Source: an uncultured Acidobacteriota bacterium
GTDB taxonomy: Bacteria; Acidobacteriota; Vicinamibacteria; Fen-336; JAGNNV01
DNA length: 58,610 bases
Direction of reading: 5' to 3'
Assembly: GCA_964646485.1 (NCBI GenBank)
Contig: CAZYEA010000001.1
Span: 1 to 58,610 of the forward strand
Positions 8,061-17,457 of this stretch are shown here, in pieces. The position numbers and the translations under genes were made by a program. Position 1 is the first letter of the stretch, and each line of letters starts with the position of its first letter. The notes beneath the pieces are model-generated. The model saw only the letters and a list, made by a program, of their open reading frames with translations. It searched no databases and was not told where the DNA came from.

Positions 8061-9680
8061 TTATCCCTTCCAGACCGCGCGAAGCAGACCGAGCCCCAGC
8101 GCGGCCAGGGTGATCGCCTGGGCTACGTCGGTAAAGCGCCCGAGTGCCGTCGGGAAGCGCAGAAACCAGATCAGCATAGTCGCGGCCAGGAGGAGCCCGA
8201 CGGCGAGGCCCGTCCAACCGTCGAAGCCGAGGCCGGGCCTCTGGCTTTCCGCGTTCAACGGATTCTCGCGTTCAAGACGTTGCGAGCGGCGGCTCCGCTC
8301 GAGGTTGCGCGGGAGCTCCATCAGCATCCGCACCGCGCTCTCAGCTCCCCTTGAGAGGAGCTTTGGGTCGAGCGACTTGAGCACCCGCTTCCTCCCTCGC
8401 GCGATCTGGACCACCTGCACCGCTTCCCGAAAGACGTGATGGGAGAGGCCGGGGCCGGCGAGATCGCGCAAGCTCACGAGTCCACGGTAGAACGCGACCA
8501 GGGCGGGGCTTGGCACGAGAGAGTGCCTCTCCAGCTGCAGCCAATGTGAGAGAAGAAACTCCGGGAAGCCCGGGGGCGTTTCGGCGAAGCGCCCGTCCCG
8601 GCGGGGCACCACATGGCCTAAGTGGTGGTGCAGGGCTTCCGCCTGCGCGTCGGTGGTGTCGGAAGTGAGGCGCTTGAGTGCGTGGAAGACCTCGCCTGGA
8701 TCCTCGTGCGCCGCGGCGGCGACGTAGGACCATAGAGCGTCCGCCTCGTTCGAGGAGATCGGGTGGAACAGGCCGCCCGAGATCTCGACGCCGCCTTGCC
8801 GGGTACTCCGGACCTCTCCGCGCGACCACGCCTCGGGAATCTGGAACTCGTCGAACACGAGCCGCATCCACAGGTCGGTCACAATCCGCGCCGCTCCCAA
8901 AGTCTCGACCCCGGTTGGCTCCGGAGCGGAAGAGGGTGGGAACAGGAGAGCCCCCCGCGGGGCCTCGATCGTCAACACTCGCGAACTCGAGAGGATGTCG
9001 ACCACGCGCGGGGCAAGGAGCCGGGGTTCTTCGGGCAGCGCGGCGAACCGACGGAGCGCTTCCGCCTCACGGCCGAGGTCCAGCCGCCGCGCCACGAAAT
9101 CCTCGAAGTCCTTGACCAGCCTGCGCGCCGAGGACAAGGTCCAGCCGAGGCTCGAGAGGTACAGGGGGAGGTGGGGAAGCACCGCGAGGTCCTTGCCCAG
9201 GGCAGCGCTGGTTCGCGCCACCTTCACCTGGACCCTCCGGCCATCGGTCAGGTATCCCCGGTGAGTCTGGGAAAGGGCGAGAGAGGAAATCGCGGCTCCG
9301 TCGAGTTGAGCGAAGGAGGCGGCCAAAGGCCCGCCCAACTCGGCGCGCAGCAAGCGACGAACTTCGTCTTCCGAAATCGGCTCGGCCTCTTCGGGAAGCA
9401 TGGCGAACTCACGAGCGTCCGCACCCTCCAGCAGGTCCAACCGCGAGCCGAGATAGCGTCCGAATTCGCGGAACAGGGGGCCGAGCGAGCGCAGCTGCGG
9501 GCGGAAGTTCGCAAGCCGGTTCTGCACTCTCGGCTCACGAAAGCGCGGGGTCCGGTCGAGCGACACGCGCCGCAATCCTGCATCCAGGAGACGTCGTTCG
9601 ATCGTCTCCTGATGGAGCCGTTGTTCCTCGCGTTCGCCGGCCCAGTGTTCGTGGGAGGCGCCTCCTGCGCCCGGCCTCAT
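8061..9680 (-). CDS. ABC1/UbiB-family kinase-like membrane protein (divergent)
   Basis: Trimmed to ATG 9680 (ATGA overlap with the upstream gene's stop). ABC1 N-terminal blocks 'LGPLFREFGRYLGSRLDLL' and 'SQTHRGYLTDGRRVQVKV'; two C-terminal hydrophobic helices. Confidence 0.6.
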   Translation of the reverse strand: MRPGAGGASHEHWAGEREEQRLHQETIERRLLDAGLRRVSLDRTPRFREPRVQNRLANFRPQLRSLGPLFREFGRYLGSRLDLLEGADAREFAMLPEEAEPISEDEVRRLLRAELGGPLAASFAQLDGAAISSLALSQTHRGYLTDGRRVQVKVARTSAALGKDLAVLPHLPLYLSSLGWTLSSARRLVKDFEDFVARRLDLGREAEALRRFAALPEEPRLLAPRVVDILSSSRVLTIEAPRGALLFPPSSAPEPTGVETLGAARIVTDLWMRLVFDEFQIPEAWSRGEVRSTRQGGVEISGGLFHPISSNEADALWSYVAAAAHEDPGEVFHALKRLTSDTTDAQAEALHHHLGHVVPRRDGRFAETPPGFPEFLLSHWLQLERHSLVPSPALVAFYRGLVSLRDLAGPGLSHHVFREAVQVVQIARGRKRVLKSLDPKLLSRGAESAVRMLMELPRNLERSRRSQRLERENPLNAESQRPGLGFDGWTGLAVGLLLAATMLIWFLRFPTALGRFTDVAQAITLAALGLGLLRAVWKG

Positions 9681-11251
9681 GGCTTCACGCCCTCGGCCGC
9701 GGCCCGACCTCGCGCCCGTCCCGAGCCGATCGCCGCGGGAGAGGCGGTGATCAACTCCGCCACCCGCATGGCCGAGACAATGACGGGGGTGATGCCCCCG
9801 CCCGGCCGTGTCCAGTGGCCTACGAAGTACAGGTTGTCCACGGGGCCCGTGACCTCGGGCCGCCCGCTTCCGAGCTGATCCGGCGACATCTCCCAACCCA
9901 GCATGGCGCCCTTGAGGTTGAGGGTGTAGCGGTATGAAGTCTGGGCCGAGGCGCTGCTCATCACCACGATCCTTCGGTCGAGGTCAGGGATCAGGGCCGC
10001 GAGGCGCGTGAGCGCATCGGCTTCGAGCGCGGCCTTGTGGGAAGGCCAGTCCACGACATTGTCGTAGTCCATCTCGCGAACCCTCTGGATGATGAGGACC
10101 TGCCCCCCTTCGGGGGCCATGCGAGGCTCGAATCGCGTCGGTGAAAAGATCTTGAAGCGCAGCGCGCTCTGACCGACCGCGTCACTATCCCAGGAGTCCC
10201 AGTGGTATCCGGAGATGTCGTCCAGCATTTCCCCGGAGATATCGCGCATGCCGATATGCGCGAGGAAGCAGGGCATGGAGGGGCGCAGCCGGCGCAATTC
10301 GGCCACGACGTCTGGGTCGGTCTCCCCCGGGTCGAGCATCTCGTCGTAGGTCCGCAAGAGATCGCCGTTCGAGATGATCCTGTCGGCGAGCACGGTGCGG
10401 CGGACGCGCCTCGACGGAAGCCCGGTTTCGATTTCGACCCCATAGGCGCGGCCGTTCTCGGTGAGGATCTTCCTCCCGAGGGCCCGTAAGCACAGGTGAC
10501 CCCCGAGCGCCTCGAAGCGGCGGGCGAGATCGTCGGCGAAGACCTGGGAACCGCCGACCGGATAGTAGTTCCCGAGGAAGTACGAAAGCCGCAGCATGGA
10601 ATCGAAGACGAACGAGGTCCGTTCGGGCGGCGACCCCCAGTGGGGGACGTCGGCCGCGAGCAGAAGCTTGAGCTTGGGATTCCGGAAATGCCGGTCGAGG
10701 GCCTGACGCAGGGTCTGGGCCCGATAGGGCTCGAGATGCTCCGACTCGCGCCATCGGACATAGTGGAGCAGACCGAGGTAGTAGACCCGCCGGACCTCGT
10801 TGAAGAACCCATCGAGCGCCCCCGCTTCTTCGGGAAACTCCGCCTTCAGCCTGGCCACGTAGGTGTCGAAATCGGCGGACACGGTGAAGCGTGATCCGTC
10901 GGGGAAGTGGAACTGATCGACCGGATCCATCTTGACCCAGCGGGTGGGAATGCCGAGGTCTTTGAGCAGGCGGCCGGTGATGGTCTCTTCGTTTCCGAGC
11001 AGCGGGTAGAAATGAGTCGCGGAGTCGAACACGTAGCCCTTGCGGCGGAAGGTGCTGCAGTAGCCTCCGGCCACGTAGTGCTGTTCGGCGATCAGCACCT
11101 TGAGCCCGGCCTTCGCGAGCAGGATGCCGACCACCAGGCCGCCGATTCCAGCACCGATCACCACCGCGTCGTAGCGCTCTTCGGGGGGGAGGCGCCGGCC
11201 CAGATAGGCGGGTTTTTGCGGGTGGTCGTCCGGAAGCTCGGACAGCTTCAT
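9677..11251 (-). CDS. CrtI/phytoene-desaturase-family (RetSat-like) FAD-dependent oxidoreductase
   Basis: Trimmed to ATG 11251 (ATGA overlap with the HMGR stop); 'YDAVVIGAGIGGLVVGILLAKAGLKVLIAEQHYVAGG' dinucleotide fold; C-terminal 'VGHWTRPGGG' block. Confidence 0.8.
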   Translation of the reverse strand: MKLSELPDDHPQKPAYLGRRLPPEERYDAVVIGAGIGGLVVGILLAKAGLKVLIAEQHYVAGGYCSTFRRKGYVFDSATHFYPLLGNEETITGRLLKDLGIPTRWVKMDPVDQFHFPDGSRFTVSADFDTYVARLKAEFPEEAGALDGFFNEVRRVYYLGLLHYVRWRESEHLEPYRAQTLRQALDRHFRNPKLKLLLAADVPHWGSPPERTSFVFDSMLRLSYFLGNYYPVGGSQVFADDLARRFEALGGHLCLRALGRKILTENGRAYGVEIETGLPSRRVRRTVLADRIISNGDLLRTYDEMLDPGETDPDVVAELRRLRPSMPCFLAHIGMRDISGEMLDDISGYHWDSWDSDAVGQSALRFKIFSPTRFEPRMAPEGGQVLIIQRVREMDYDNVVDWPSHKAALEADALTRLAALIPDLDRRIVVMSSASAQTSYRYTLNLKGAMLGWEMSPDQLGSGRPEVTGPVDNLYFVGHWTRPGGGITPVIVSAMRVAELITASPAAIGSGRARGRAAAEGVKP

Positions 11252-12477
11252 GAGCGCGGGCGGGGTTCGATTCCCGGGCGGTTGCGACCGTACAACTCGT
11301 GGGCGGCCACGAACTCGCCGCTCGCAATCGCCGCGCCGATCGACAACTCCCCGGCGAGCAGACTCGCGGCCATGATCTCGGCGAGCCGGGCGGCTCGTCC
11401 CGGTCCGAAGCAGTCCAGCATCTGCAGGCACTCGCGACTGGTTCCGAGTGCGGTCCCCCCGCCGATGGTGGCCACGGTCAGGGAAGGCAGGGTCACCGAG
11501 GCGTAGAAGTCCCCGTCCTCGAGCACCTCCATGCTGTTGACCCCCACTGCGGCGTTGGCGACGTTCGCCACATCCTGGCCGAGGGCGATGAACATGGCGG
11601 TGAGGCCGTTGGCGAAATGGCCGTTGTAGCCGATGGTGCCCGCATGAATCGAGCCGAGCACGGTGCGATGCCAGAGGTCCGCGAGTTGCGCCGGTTCGAC
11701 GTGAAGATGGGTGCGGAGCAGCGATGGCTTGATGCGAGCGCCCGCCACCACGCGCTTCCCCTTGCCGCCGCCCAGCAGATGGCCGGAGGACTTCTTCTCC
11801 GACTCGAAGCCGCTGAAGACGTAGAAGCGCCGGGCCTTGCTGTGCTGCAGGATCCAGGCGCAGGCCTTGTTGGCGGCCTTGACGATCATGTTCATGCCAT
11901 GAGCGTCCCCGGTGAAGAAGGCGAAATCGACGATCACTTCACGTCCGATGACCTGAGCTTCGAGGCGAAGCAAGCGTCCGTGCCGGGTCGTCGATTCGGC
12001 CTCCGCGCGGATCGCCTCGAAGTGAGAGGGCAGTTCGCGCGCGAAGTCATCGGCTTCGGCGACGCCGTCGAAGACGAAGGTCGGGCACACCCGGTTTTCG
12101 TCCCGGGTGACTCGGGTCGTGACCCCCCCGGCGCGGGAGAGGGTCACCATTCCGCGTTCATACGAGCGGACCAGCGCTCCCTCGGTGGTGGCGAGGGGCA
12201 CGTAGAAGGTGCCTTGGGCGTGCTGCCCGTGAATCAGCAGCGGGCCGGCCACCCCCAAAGGCATCTGCACGCTGCCGATCGGGTTTTCGATGTTGCCGCG
12301 CAGACTCTCCGCGTCCAGAGTGGTGGCGGCGACCTGGCGCAACTCGACGCCGCACTTCGCCTCGAGCCAGGCGCGGCGTTTGTCAACCTGCTGCCGGGTG
12401 TAACCCTGCCGGGTCATCCGGGGAACGAGTTCCAGAGACAGGTTCTCGTCGATTACCGGCGCGGCGTCGTCCGACAA
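11248..12477 (-). CDS. HMG-CoA reductase homologue (catalytic domain only)
   Basis: 409 aa; 'IENPIGSVQMPLGVAGPL', 'PLATTEGALV', 'GDAHGMNM', 'ATIGGGT', C-terminal 'AAHE' His. No membrane domain. Confidence 0.85.
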   Translation of the reverse strand: MSDDAAPVIDENLSLELVPRMTRQGYTRQQVDKRRAWLEAKCGVELRQVAATTLDAESLRGNIENPIGSVQMPLGVAGPLLIHGQHAQGTFYVPLATTEGALVRSYERGMVTLSRAGGVTTRVTRDENRVCPTFVFDGVAEADDFARELPSHFEAIRAEAESTTRHGRLLRLEAQVIGREVIVDFAFFTGDAHGMNMIVKAANKACAWILQHSKARRFYVFSGFESEKKSSGHLLGGGKGKRVVAGARIKPSLLRTHLHVEPAQLADLWHRTVLGSIHAGTIGYNGHFANGLTAMFIALGQDVANVANAAVGVNSMEVLEDGDFYASVTLPSLTVATIGGGTALGTSRECLQMLDCFGPGRAARLAEIMAASLLAGELSIGAAIASGEFVAAHELYGRNRPGIEPRPRS

Positions 12478-12493
12478 GCTCCCCAGGGCCTTC

Positions 12494-13720
12494 CTAGCTT
12501 TCGGTCGTTCGAGAGATCACGACCGCGCAGTGCTGTCCGTCCCAACCCATGGAGTAGAGCAAGAGGTTCTGGCCCATCACGGGCCGGGGCTCGGGTCCGG
12601 CGAGAGGGAAGGGGAAGGCCTGAGAAACCTCGCGCAGCCCGCGAATGCCAGGCTGCTGGCCCGTCCGCAGGGACTCGATCGCCACCACCGCCTGCAGCCC
12701 GCCATCCGCGCCGAGGGTCTCGCCCAAAGAAGCCTTGATCGCCGTGATCGGCAGCGCCTGGGCCCGCCCGCCAAGGGCGGCGCCGAGCCCCTTCGCCTCG
12801 AGTGCGTCGAGTGGCCCTCCACTCGCCGAGGCGCTCACCCCGCCGATCGAGTCGGGCCCGAGTCCCGCGGCCGAAAGCGCCCCGCCCACCGCGCAGGCCG
12901 TGGCGCGCACCGACTGCTCCTCGTTGTCTCCGCGGAACGGGTCGAAGGAGACGCCGCACCCCTTGACCTCAGCCAGAACGCGGGCGCCCCGGCGCGCGGC
13001 CAGGTCCGCGCTCTCCAGCATGAGCAGCCCGGCGCCTTCGCCGGGGAGGAAACCTCCGCGGTCTTTCCCGAAGGGAGCAGGGTCGGCGCCTTCGCCGGCC
13101 AGCCGAGCGGCCCGCTCCAGGCTGATGAAGGACTGAAAGCACAACTCTTCGGCGCCGCCCGCAAGCAGCACATCGCAACGACCCGACTCGATGAGTCCGG
13201 CGGCGTAGGCGAGCGCACGCAGTCCGGAGGTCTGGCTCGTCGCGATGGTCGAGTTGATTCCGCGAAGGCCGTGCCAGATCGCGGTCTGACCCGCGGCCGC
13301 GTTGATCACGGTGTTGGCGAAATCGAGAGGGCTCGCATAGCTCGGTCCTTCCACCATCGCGTGCCGATCGAATTCGGCGATGGTGCCGACGCTGCCGTAC
13401 ATGGTTCCGAGGACGAGCCCGATCTCCTGGCCGGCTCTCGCCTCCGCGGTCCAGCCGCTGTCCTCGAGGACGAGGTGGGCGGCGGTGGCGACGAGACGGG
13501 CGGTGCGGTCGAGCGGCCGCATGTTCTTCTTGCCGAGATAGCTCTTCGCATCGAAGCCGGCTATCTCTCCGCCTCTTCGCTGGGCAAGCCCAGCGGTGTC
13601 GAACAACTCGATGGCGCGCAGACCGCTCTTGCCCTCGCACAGGGCCTGGTGGACGAGGGTCGGATGGTCGCCGAGCGAGCAGAGCAGCCCCCGGCCCGTG
13701 ATCACCACCCGGGCCTTCAT
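12494..13720 (-). CDS. ketosynthase-like chain-length-factor (KS-beta/CLF) partner, active-site Cys replaced by Gln
   Basis: 408 aa, collinear with the upstream KS. Position 163 is Gln ('IATSQTSG', CAG at 13232-13234 on the minus strand). Both catalytic His positions are absent ('SFDPFRG','VSASASGG'). Confidence 0.8.
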   Translation of the reverse strand: MKARVVITGRGLLCSLGDHPTLVHQALCEGKSGLRAIELFDTAGLAQRRGGEIAGFDAKSYLGKKNMRPLDRTARLVATAAHLVLEDSGWTAEARAGQEIGLVLGTMYGSVGTIAEFDRHAMVEGPSYASPLDFANTVINAAAGQTAIWHGLRGINSTIATSQTSGLRALAYAAGLIESGRCDVLLAGGAEELCFQSFISLERAARLAGEGADPAPFGKDRGGFLPGEGAGLLMLESADLAARRGARVLAEVKGCGVSFDPFRGDNEEQSVRATACAVGGALSAAGLGPDSIGGVSASASGGPLDALEAKGLGAALGGRAQALPITAIKASLGETLGADGGLQAVVAIESLRTGQQPGIRGLREVSQAFPFPLAGPEPRPVMGQNLLLYSMGWDGQHCAVVISRTTES

Positions 13721-14943
13721 CGTCCTCCCTCGTAGCGTTTCAAGATGAGAGATGCGTTGTTGCCCCCGAACGCGTATGCGTTGTTCATGGCCACGTTCAC
13801 CCGGCGCTCGCGCGCGTGGTTCGGAACGTAGTCGAGGTCGCAGTCCGGGTCTTTGGTCTCGTAGTTGATCGTGGGTGGGACCCGGCTGCGCTCGATGGCG
13901 AGCGCGCAGATGGCGGTCTCGATGGCCGAGGCCGCGCCCATGGTGTGCCCGAGCATCGACTTGGCCGAACTGATGGGGATCCGCGGAGCGGCCTCGCCGA
14001 AGACGCGCTTGATGGAAATCGTCTCCAGGCGATCGTTGGTCGGTGTGCCCGTACCGTGGGCGCTGATGTAATCGACCTCCTCGGGGCGCACGCCCGCGTC
14101 GGCCAGGGCCGAGCGCATGGCGCGCGCGGCGCCCTCACCTTCGGGGTGAGAGGCGGTCATGTGGTGGGCGTCGCAGGAAAGGCCGTAGCCTACGAGTTCG
14201 GCGTAGATGCGCGCGCCGCGGCGCTCGGCGAGGTCCGCCGGTTCGAGCACCAGCACCGCGGCTCCCTCGCCGGGAACCATGCCGCGTCGGTTCAGATCGA
14301 AGGGCTGGCACCGTTCCGGCGCGATGGCGCCGAGCCGCGCGAATCCGGTGTAGGTGATTCTCGAAAACGAGTCCGATCCGCCCGCGAGCATCATGTCCGC
14401 GGCGCCCGAGCGCAGGTATTCCATGGCGTTGGCGGCCGCGTAGTTCCCGGCGGCGCACGCGGTCGGGATCATGGTGTTAGGGCCGGCGAAACCGAGGGCC
14501 GCGGCCATGCTCGCGGGAATGGAACCGCAGGGGTAGCGGGTGACGAGCTCGGGGCCTATGGCGCGAAGGTCGCCCTTGAGGAGGTTGTCGGTGTAGGTCT
14601 CCACCTCGCGAGGCTCGCCCGAGGTGGTGCCCATCGACACGCCGGCGCGCGTCGGATCGAAGCGTTCGGCGTCGATCCCCGCGTCTTTGAGGGCCCGGGT
14701 CGCGGCCACGATCGCGAACTGCGACGCCCGACCCACCGAAGCCAGGTCGAGACGGCTCTTCGTTCCTTCGGGCGTGAAGCCCGTCACCTCACCGCCGATG
14801 TGGACGCTGTAGTCCTTCGTGTCGAACGAAGCCACCGGCTTGATGCCGGAGCGCCCCTCCAGAAGTGCGTCCCAGAACGTTTCGACGTCGGAACCGATGG
14901 ATGTCACCAGCCCCAGGCCGGTCACCACGACCCGTCTGGTCAT
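13717..14943 (-). CDS. beta-ketoacyl-ACP synthase (KAS II / KS-alpha type)
   Basis: 408 aa; Cys163 in 'IPTACAAGNYA' (TGC at 14455-14457 on the minus strand), His in 'CDAHHMT' and 'ISAHGTGTP', 'KSMLGHTMGA', C-terminal 'NAYAFGGNNASL'. Confidence 0.9.
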   Translation of the reverse strand: MTRRVVVTGLGLVTSIGSDVETFWDALLEGRSGIKPVASFDTKDYSVHIGGEVTGFTPEGTKSRLDLASVGRASQFAIVAATRALKDAGIDAERFDPTRAGVSMGTTSGEPREVETYTDNLLKGDLRAIGPELVTRYPCGSIPASMAAALGFAGPNTMIPTACAAGNYAAANAMEYLRSGAADMMLAGGSDSFSRITYTGFARLGAIAPERCQPFDLNRRGMVPGEGAAVLVLEPADLAERRGARIYAELVGYGLSCDAHHMTASHPEGEGAARAMRSALADAGVRPEEVDYISAHGTGTPTNDRLETISIKRVFGEAAPRIPISSAKSMLGHTMGAASAIETAICALAIERSRVPPTINYETKDPDCDLDYVPNHARERRVNVAMNNAYAFGGNNASLILKRYEGGR

Positions 14944-15209
14944 GACCCCGAAACGATGGTGGCTTGCTCCGCCTGCTTCTTGATGACCATGTTCACGGCG
15001 TCCTCGACGCTGCCGAGGCTCCCCATCTCATCTTCGCTGAGGCGAAGCTTGTAGGCATGCTCCACATGCACCCCGATCTCGATCATGGCCAGCGAGTCGA
15101 GTTCGAGGTCCTCGCGAAAGGACGCGTTGTCCGCGATCTCCTCGGGAACGAGATCGCTCACTTTGCCGATCAGGCCCTTAACGACGCGTCGAATCTCCTC
15201 GCGATCCAT
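14940..15209 (-). CDS. acyl carrier protein (ACP-2)
   Basis: Trimmed to ATG 15209 with AGGAGA Shine-Dalgarno; 'DLELDSLAMIEI' DSL phosphopantetheine site; stop overlaps the KS start (ATGA). Confidence 0.85.
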   Translation of the reverse strand: MDREEIRRVVKGLIGKVSDLVPEEIADNASFREDLELDSLAMIEIGVHVEHAYKLRLSEDEMGSLGSVEDAVNMVIKKQAEQATIVSGS

Positions 15210-15283
15210 TCTTATCTCCTGGCTGAACGTTACCAAAGAAAACGACCAGCTCCACGACCTGCCGCCCAGGATTTGAGGGCGGT

Positions 15284-15589
15284 CTAGCGCAGGGCTTTGC
15301 CGAAGCCTTCAACCCACTCGCGGCCCACCCGGTAGACCCCGCGAAAGACTCCCCCAAACTGCTCCTCCACCACGTTCGCCACCACATCGAAAGGAGTCGT
15401 GGACAGGGGCTTGGGGTCGAGCCCGGGTTCCTCCGCCCTCCCGGGCCGGAATTCGAGGAGGTGTGCCGCCTGCTGGGCGCCGAGTGCGGTGAGGGCCCAG
15501 GAGACGCGGATCACCGAGGAGCCGAGCCTCGTCCAGACGCGGTCGCCCGATCGCGAGTCGACATCGCTGCGCATGGGCGTCAAAGGCAT
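15284..15589 (-). CDS. small hypothetical protein, first gene of the minus-strand operon
   Basis: 101 aa; GGGAGAG Shine-Dalgarno directly upstream of ATG 15589; G/C-rich third positions; no recognised motif. Confidence 0.45.
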   Translation of the reverse strand: MPLTPMRSDVDSRSGDRVWTRLGSSVIRVSWALTALGAQQAAHLLEFRPGRAEEPGLDPKPLSTTPFDVVANVVEEQFGGVFRGVYRVGREWVEGFGKALR

Positions 15590-15717
15590 CTCTCCCTAGT
15601 CCGGTCCACCATGGATCCGGTTCCTCGAAATTGTAACGCTCGCGTTCGAAAAAGCTGTGCGGAGACGAGCCGAAGCCCCTCCGGCCCGAGGTGTAAGCTG
15701 ATCCAATTACTGAGCGA

Positions 15718-15745
15718 CCTCGATCAGCTCGGCCGTTGATCGAGG
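15718..15745. promoter_or_regulatory. perfect 9-bp inverted repeat (CCTCGATCA-N10-TGATCGAGG) in the divergent intergenic region
   Basis: Read directly: arms at 15718-15726 and 15737-15745, about 22 nt upstream of ATG 15768 and just before the GGAGGAGAGGAGAG ribosome-binding stretch. Confidence 0.3.
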
Positions 15746-15767
15746 TTTCTGGAGGAGAGGAGAGTGT

Positions 15768-17453
15768 ATGGCGGGAAAGGAGTCAAAGGCCGAGGAGCTC
15801 CGAGAAGCCCTGCGCCTTGTGCGCAGCGAGCGACGAGCGACTCTCGACCTCGTGGCCGGCCTCGACGAGGCCCGGGCCCGGCGAGCCCCCGCGGATGGCG
15901 GGTGGTCCGTCGCCCAGGTGATGGATCACCTCATCAAGACCGATGGCGTCTACCGGCTTGAAATCGGCCGGCTCCTCGATTTGAGGGCCGCGGGGCGTCC
16001 GCCCGTGATCGAAGTGGGCCTTCGTGAACTCAATACCCGTCCTTTCTTCGTGCCCGCCGCCCTGCTTCCGCATATGGACGTACCCTTCAGGCTCGCGAAT
16101 CGCCTCATCCCGTCGGCGCTTCGGGAGTCTCTGGCCGGCACTGCGGTGATTCCGTTCCAGGCCCCGGACGAGGCCGCGCCGGCGGTGGACCGGCCGCTCG
16201 GCGATTTGCGCCTCGATGCGGCGGCCTCCACCCAGCAGATCGAGACCATGCTCGCCGGCCAGGATGTGTCCGACATGATTCTCGATCACCCCATGCTGGG
16301 GCGGCACACGGTTCCCTCACTGCTCAGAATCCTGGCCCGGCACGAAAACCGGCATCAGGCCCAGATCTCCAGGATCATCGCCTCGGACCCGACGACTGGC
16401 GCGGTCCCCGTCGCCGGTCTCACGCGCGGCGCCCGGCCGGCTTCGGAGTCGACGACGAGCGCCTCGGATCTCACGAGCGGGTTCGCTCACGACGCCGAGG
16501 AGGCCCTCAAGGCCGGGCGCCAGATCGTCTCGTGGTGGCGAGACAAGACGCTCAGGGAGGAGTTGAAGCTCTTTCCGCTCAAACCCGCTCATCGGCCCTA
16601 CTTCGAGATGCAGGGCTTCTTCGATTCGATCCACTTCATCGGCCAGATGAAGCCGACCTCCATGATGGGGTGCCTTCAGACTCATCGCTTCGCCAGGCGG
16701 CGGCCTCCCACCGAAGGCGCGACCGCCCATCTCGAGTCCTTCATCGACGAGCATTTTCTCGTCCGCTCTTACCAGGTCCGGCCCGATGGCTCGCCGGGCG
16801 GGTTTCGCTATCGGCCGATCTGCTACAAGGAGAAGGACGGCCGCCTGGTGGAGCCCGTGGATCGCGAATCGCTCGGGATGAATCTGACCGATCTTCGTAA
16901 GGGCCGCGAATGGGGAGTGCTGCGCGTCGACATTCTCGACTTCCTCCGGGTCAACCCCTCCCTGGCCCCCTACGACAAGACTCTCTCCCGCTTCATCCGG
17001 CAGTCCGCTTACGTCGTGGTCCACGAGGACATGGCGATTGAAACGGCGAGGGCGCCCAAGGACGTGATCGCGGAAAGGCGATTCGGCTACGCGTTCCTTC
17101 CCCGGTCCGTCGAACCCAACTTCTTCGGCTTCGGCCCCGGGAAATTCGGAGCCGCGATCAAGCAGTGGAGGTTTCTCCTCTACATAAACGGGGATGTCGA
17201 AGTGCAGGTCTCTTTCCTGGTCGCCCCCCGCAGCGAGCGCGTGATGGACTTCGGGGGCTTCGATCCCGTCTACGCCGGAATCAAGATGGCGAACGTGCTC
17301 TCCCTGGGAGCCTTTGGCCTGAATGAGAGCGGCCACGCCGCCCTCGATCACGTCTTTCTGGAGCACCACGGCACGGTTCACGCGGCCATCGTCCAGGGTA
17401 TGGCGGAGATTTGGGAGGGTCAACGCTGGATGCCGTCCTTCGGCGCCTGGTAG
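15768..17453 (+). CDS. DinB-superfamily N-terminal domain fused to a roughly 330-aa domain of unknown function
   Basis: 561 aa; N-terminal '[14 protein letters not shown] ... [15 protein letters not shown]' resembles DinB/DinB_2 His-containing helices. I cannot assign the C-terminal two thirds. Confidence 0.6.
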   Translation: MAGKESKAEELREALRLVRSERRATLDLVAGLDEARARRAPADGGWSVAQVMDHLIKTDGVYRLEIGRLLDLRAAGRPPVIEVGLRELNTRPFFVPAALLPHMDVPFRLANRLIPSALRESLAGTAVIPFQAPDEAAPAVDRPLGDLRLDAAASTQQIETMLAGQDVSDMILDHPMLGRHTVPSLLRILARHENRHQAQISRIIASDPTTGAVPVAGLTRGARPASESTTSASDLTSGFAHDAEEALKAGRQIVSWWRDKTLREELKLFPLKPAHRPYFEMQGFFDSIHFIGQMKPTSMMGCLQTHRFARRRPPTEGATAHLESFIDEHFLVRSYQVRPDGSPGGFRYRPICYKEKDGRLVEPVDRESLGMNLTDLRKGREWGVLRVDILDFLRVNPSLAPYDKTLSRFIRQSAYVVVHEDMAIETARAPKDVIAERRFGYAFLPRSVEPNFFGFGPGKFGAAIKQWRFLLYINGDVEVQVSFLVAPRSERVMDFGGFDPVYAGIKMANVLSLGAFGLNESGHAALDHVFLEHHGTVHAAIVQGMAEIWEGQRWMPSFGAW

Positions 17454-17457
17454 ATCC

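Noticed and set aside
9677-12477. HMG-CoA reductase plus CrtI-like plus carotenoid oxygenase (6601..8049) as a classical mevalonate/carotenoid cluster
   Set aside because: The window has no HMG-CoA synthase, mevalonate or phosphomevalonate kinase, GGPP synthase (CrtE), phytoene synthase (CrtB) or cyclase. Instead the genes are translationally coupled to KS/CLF/ACP.
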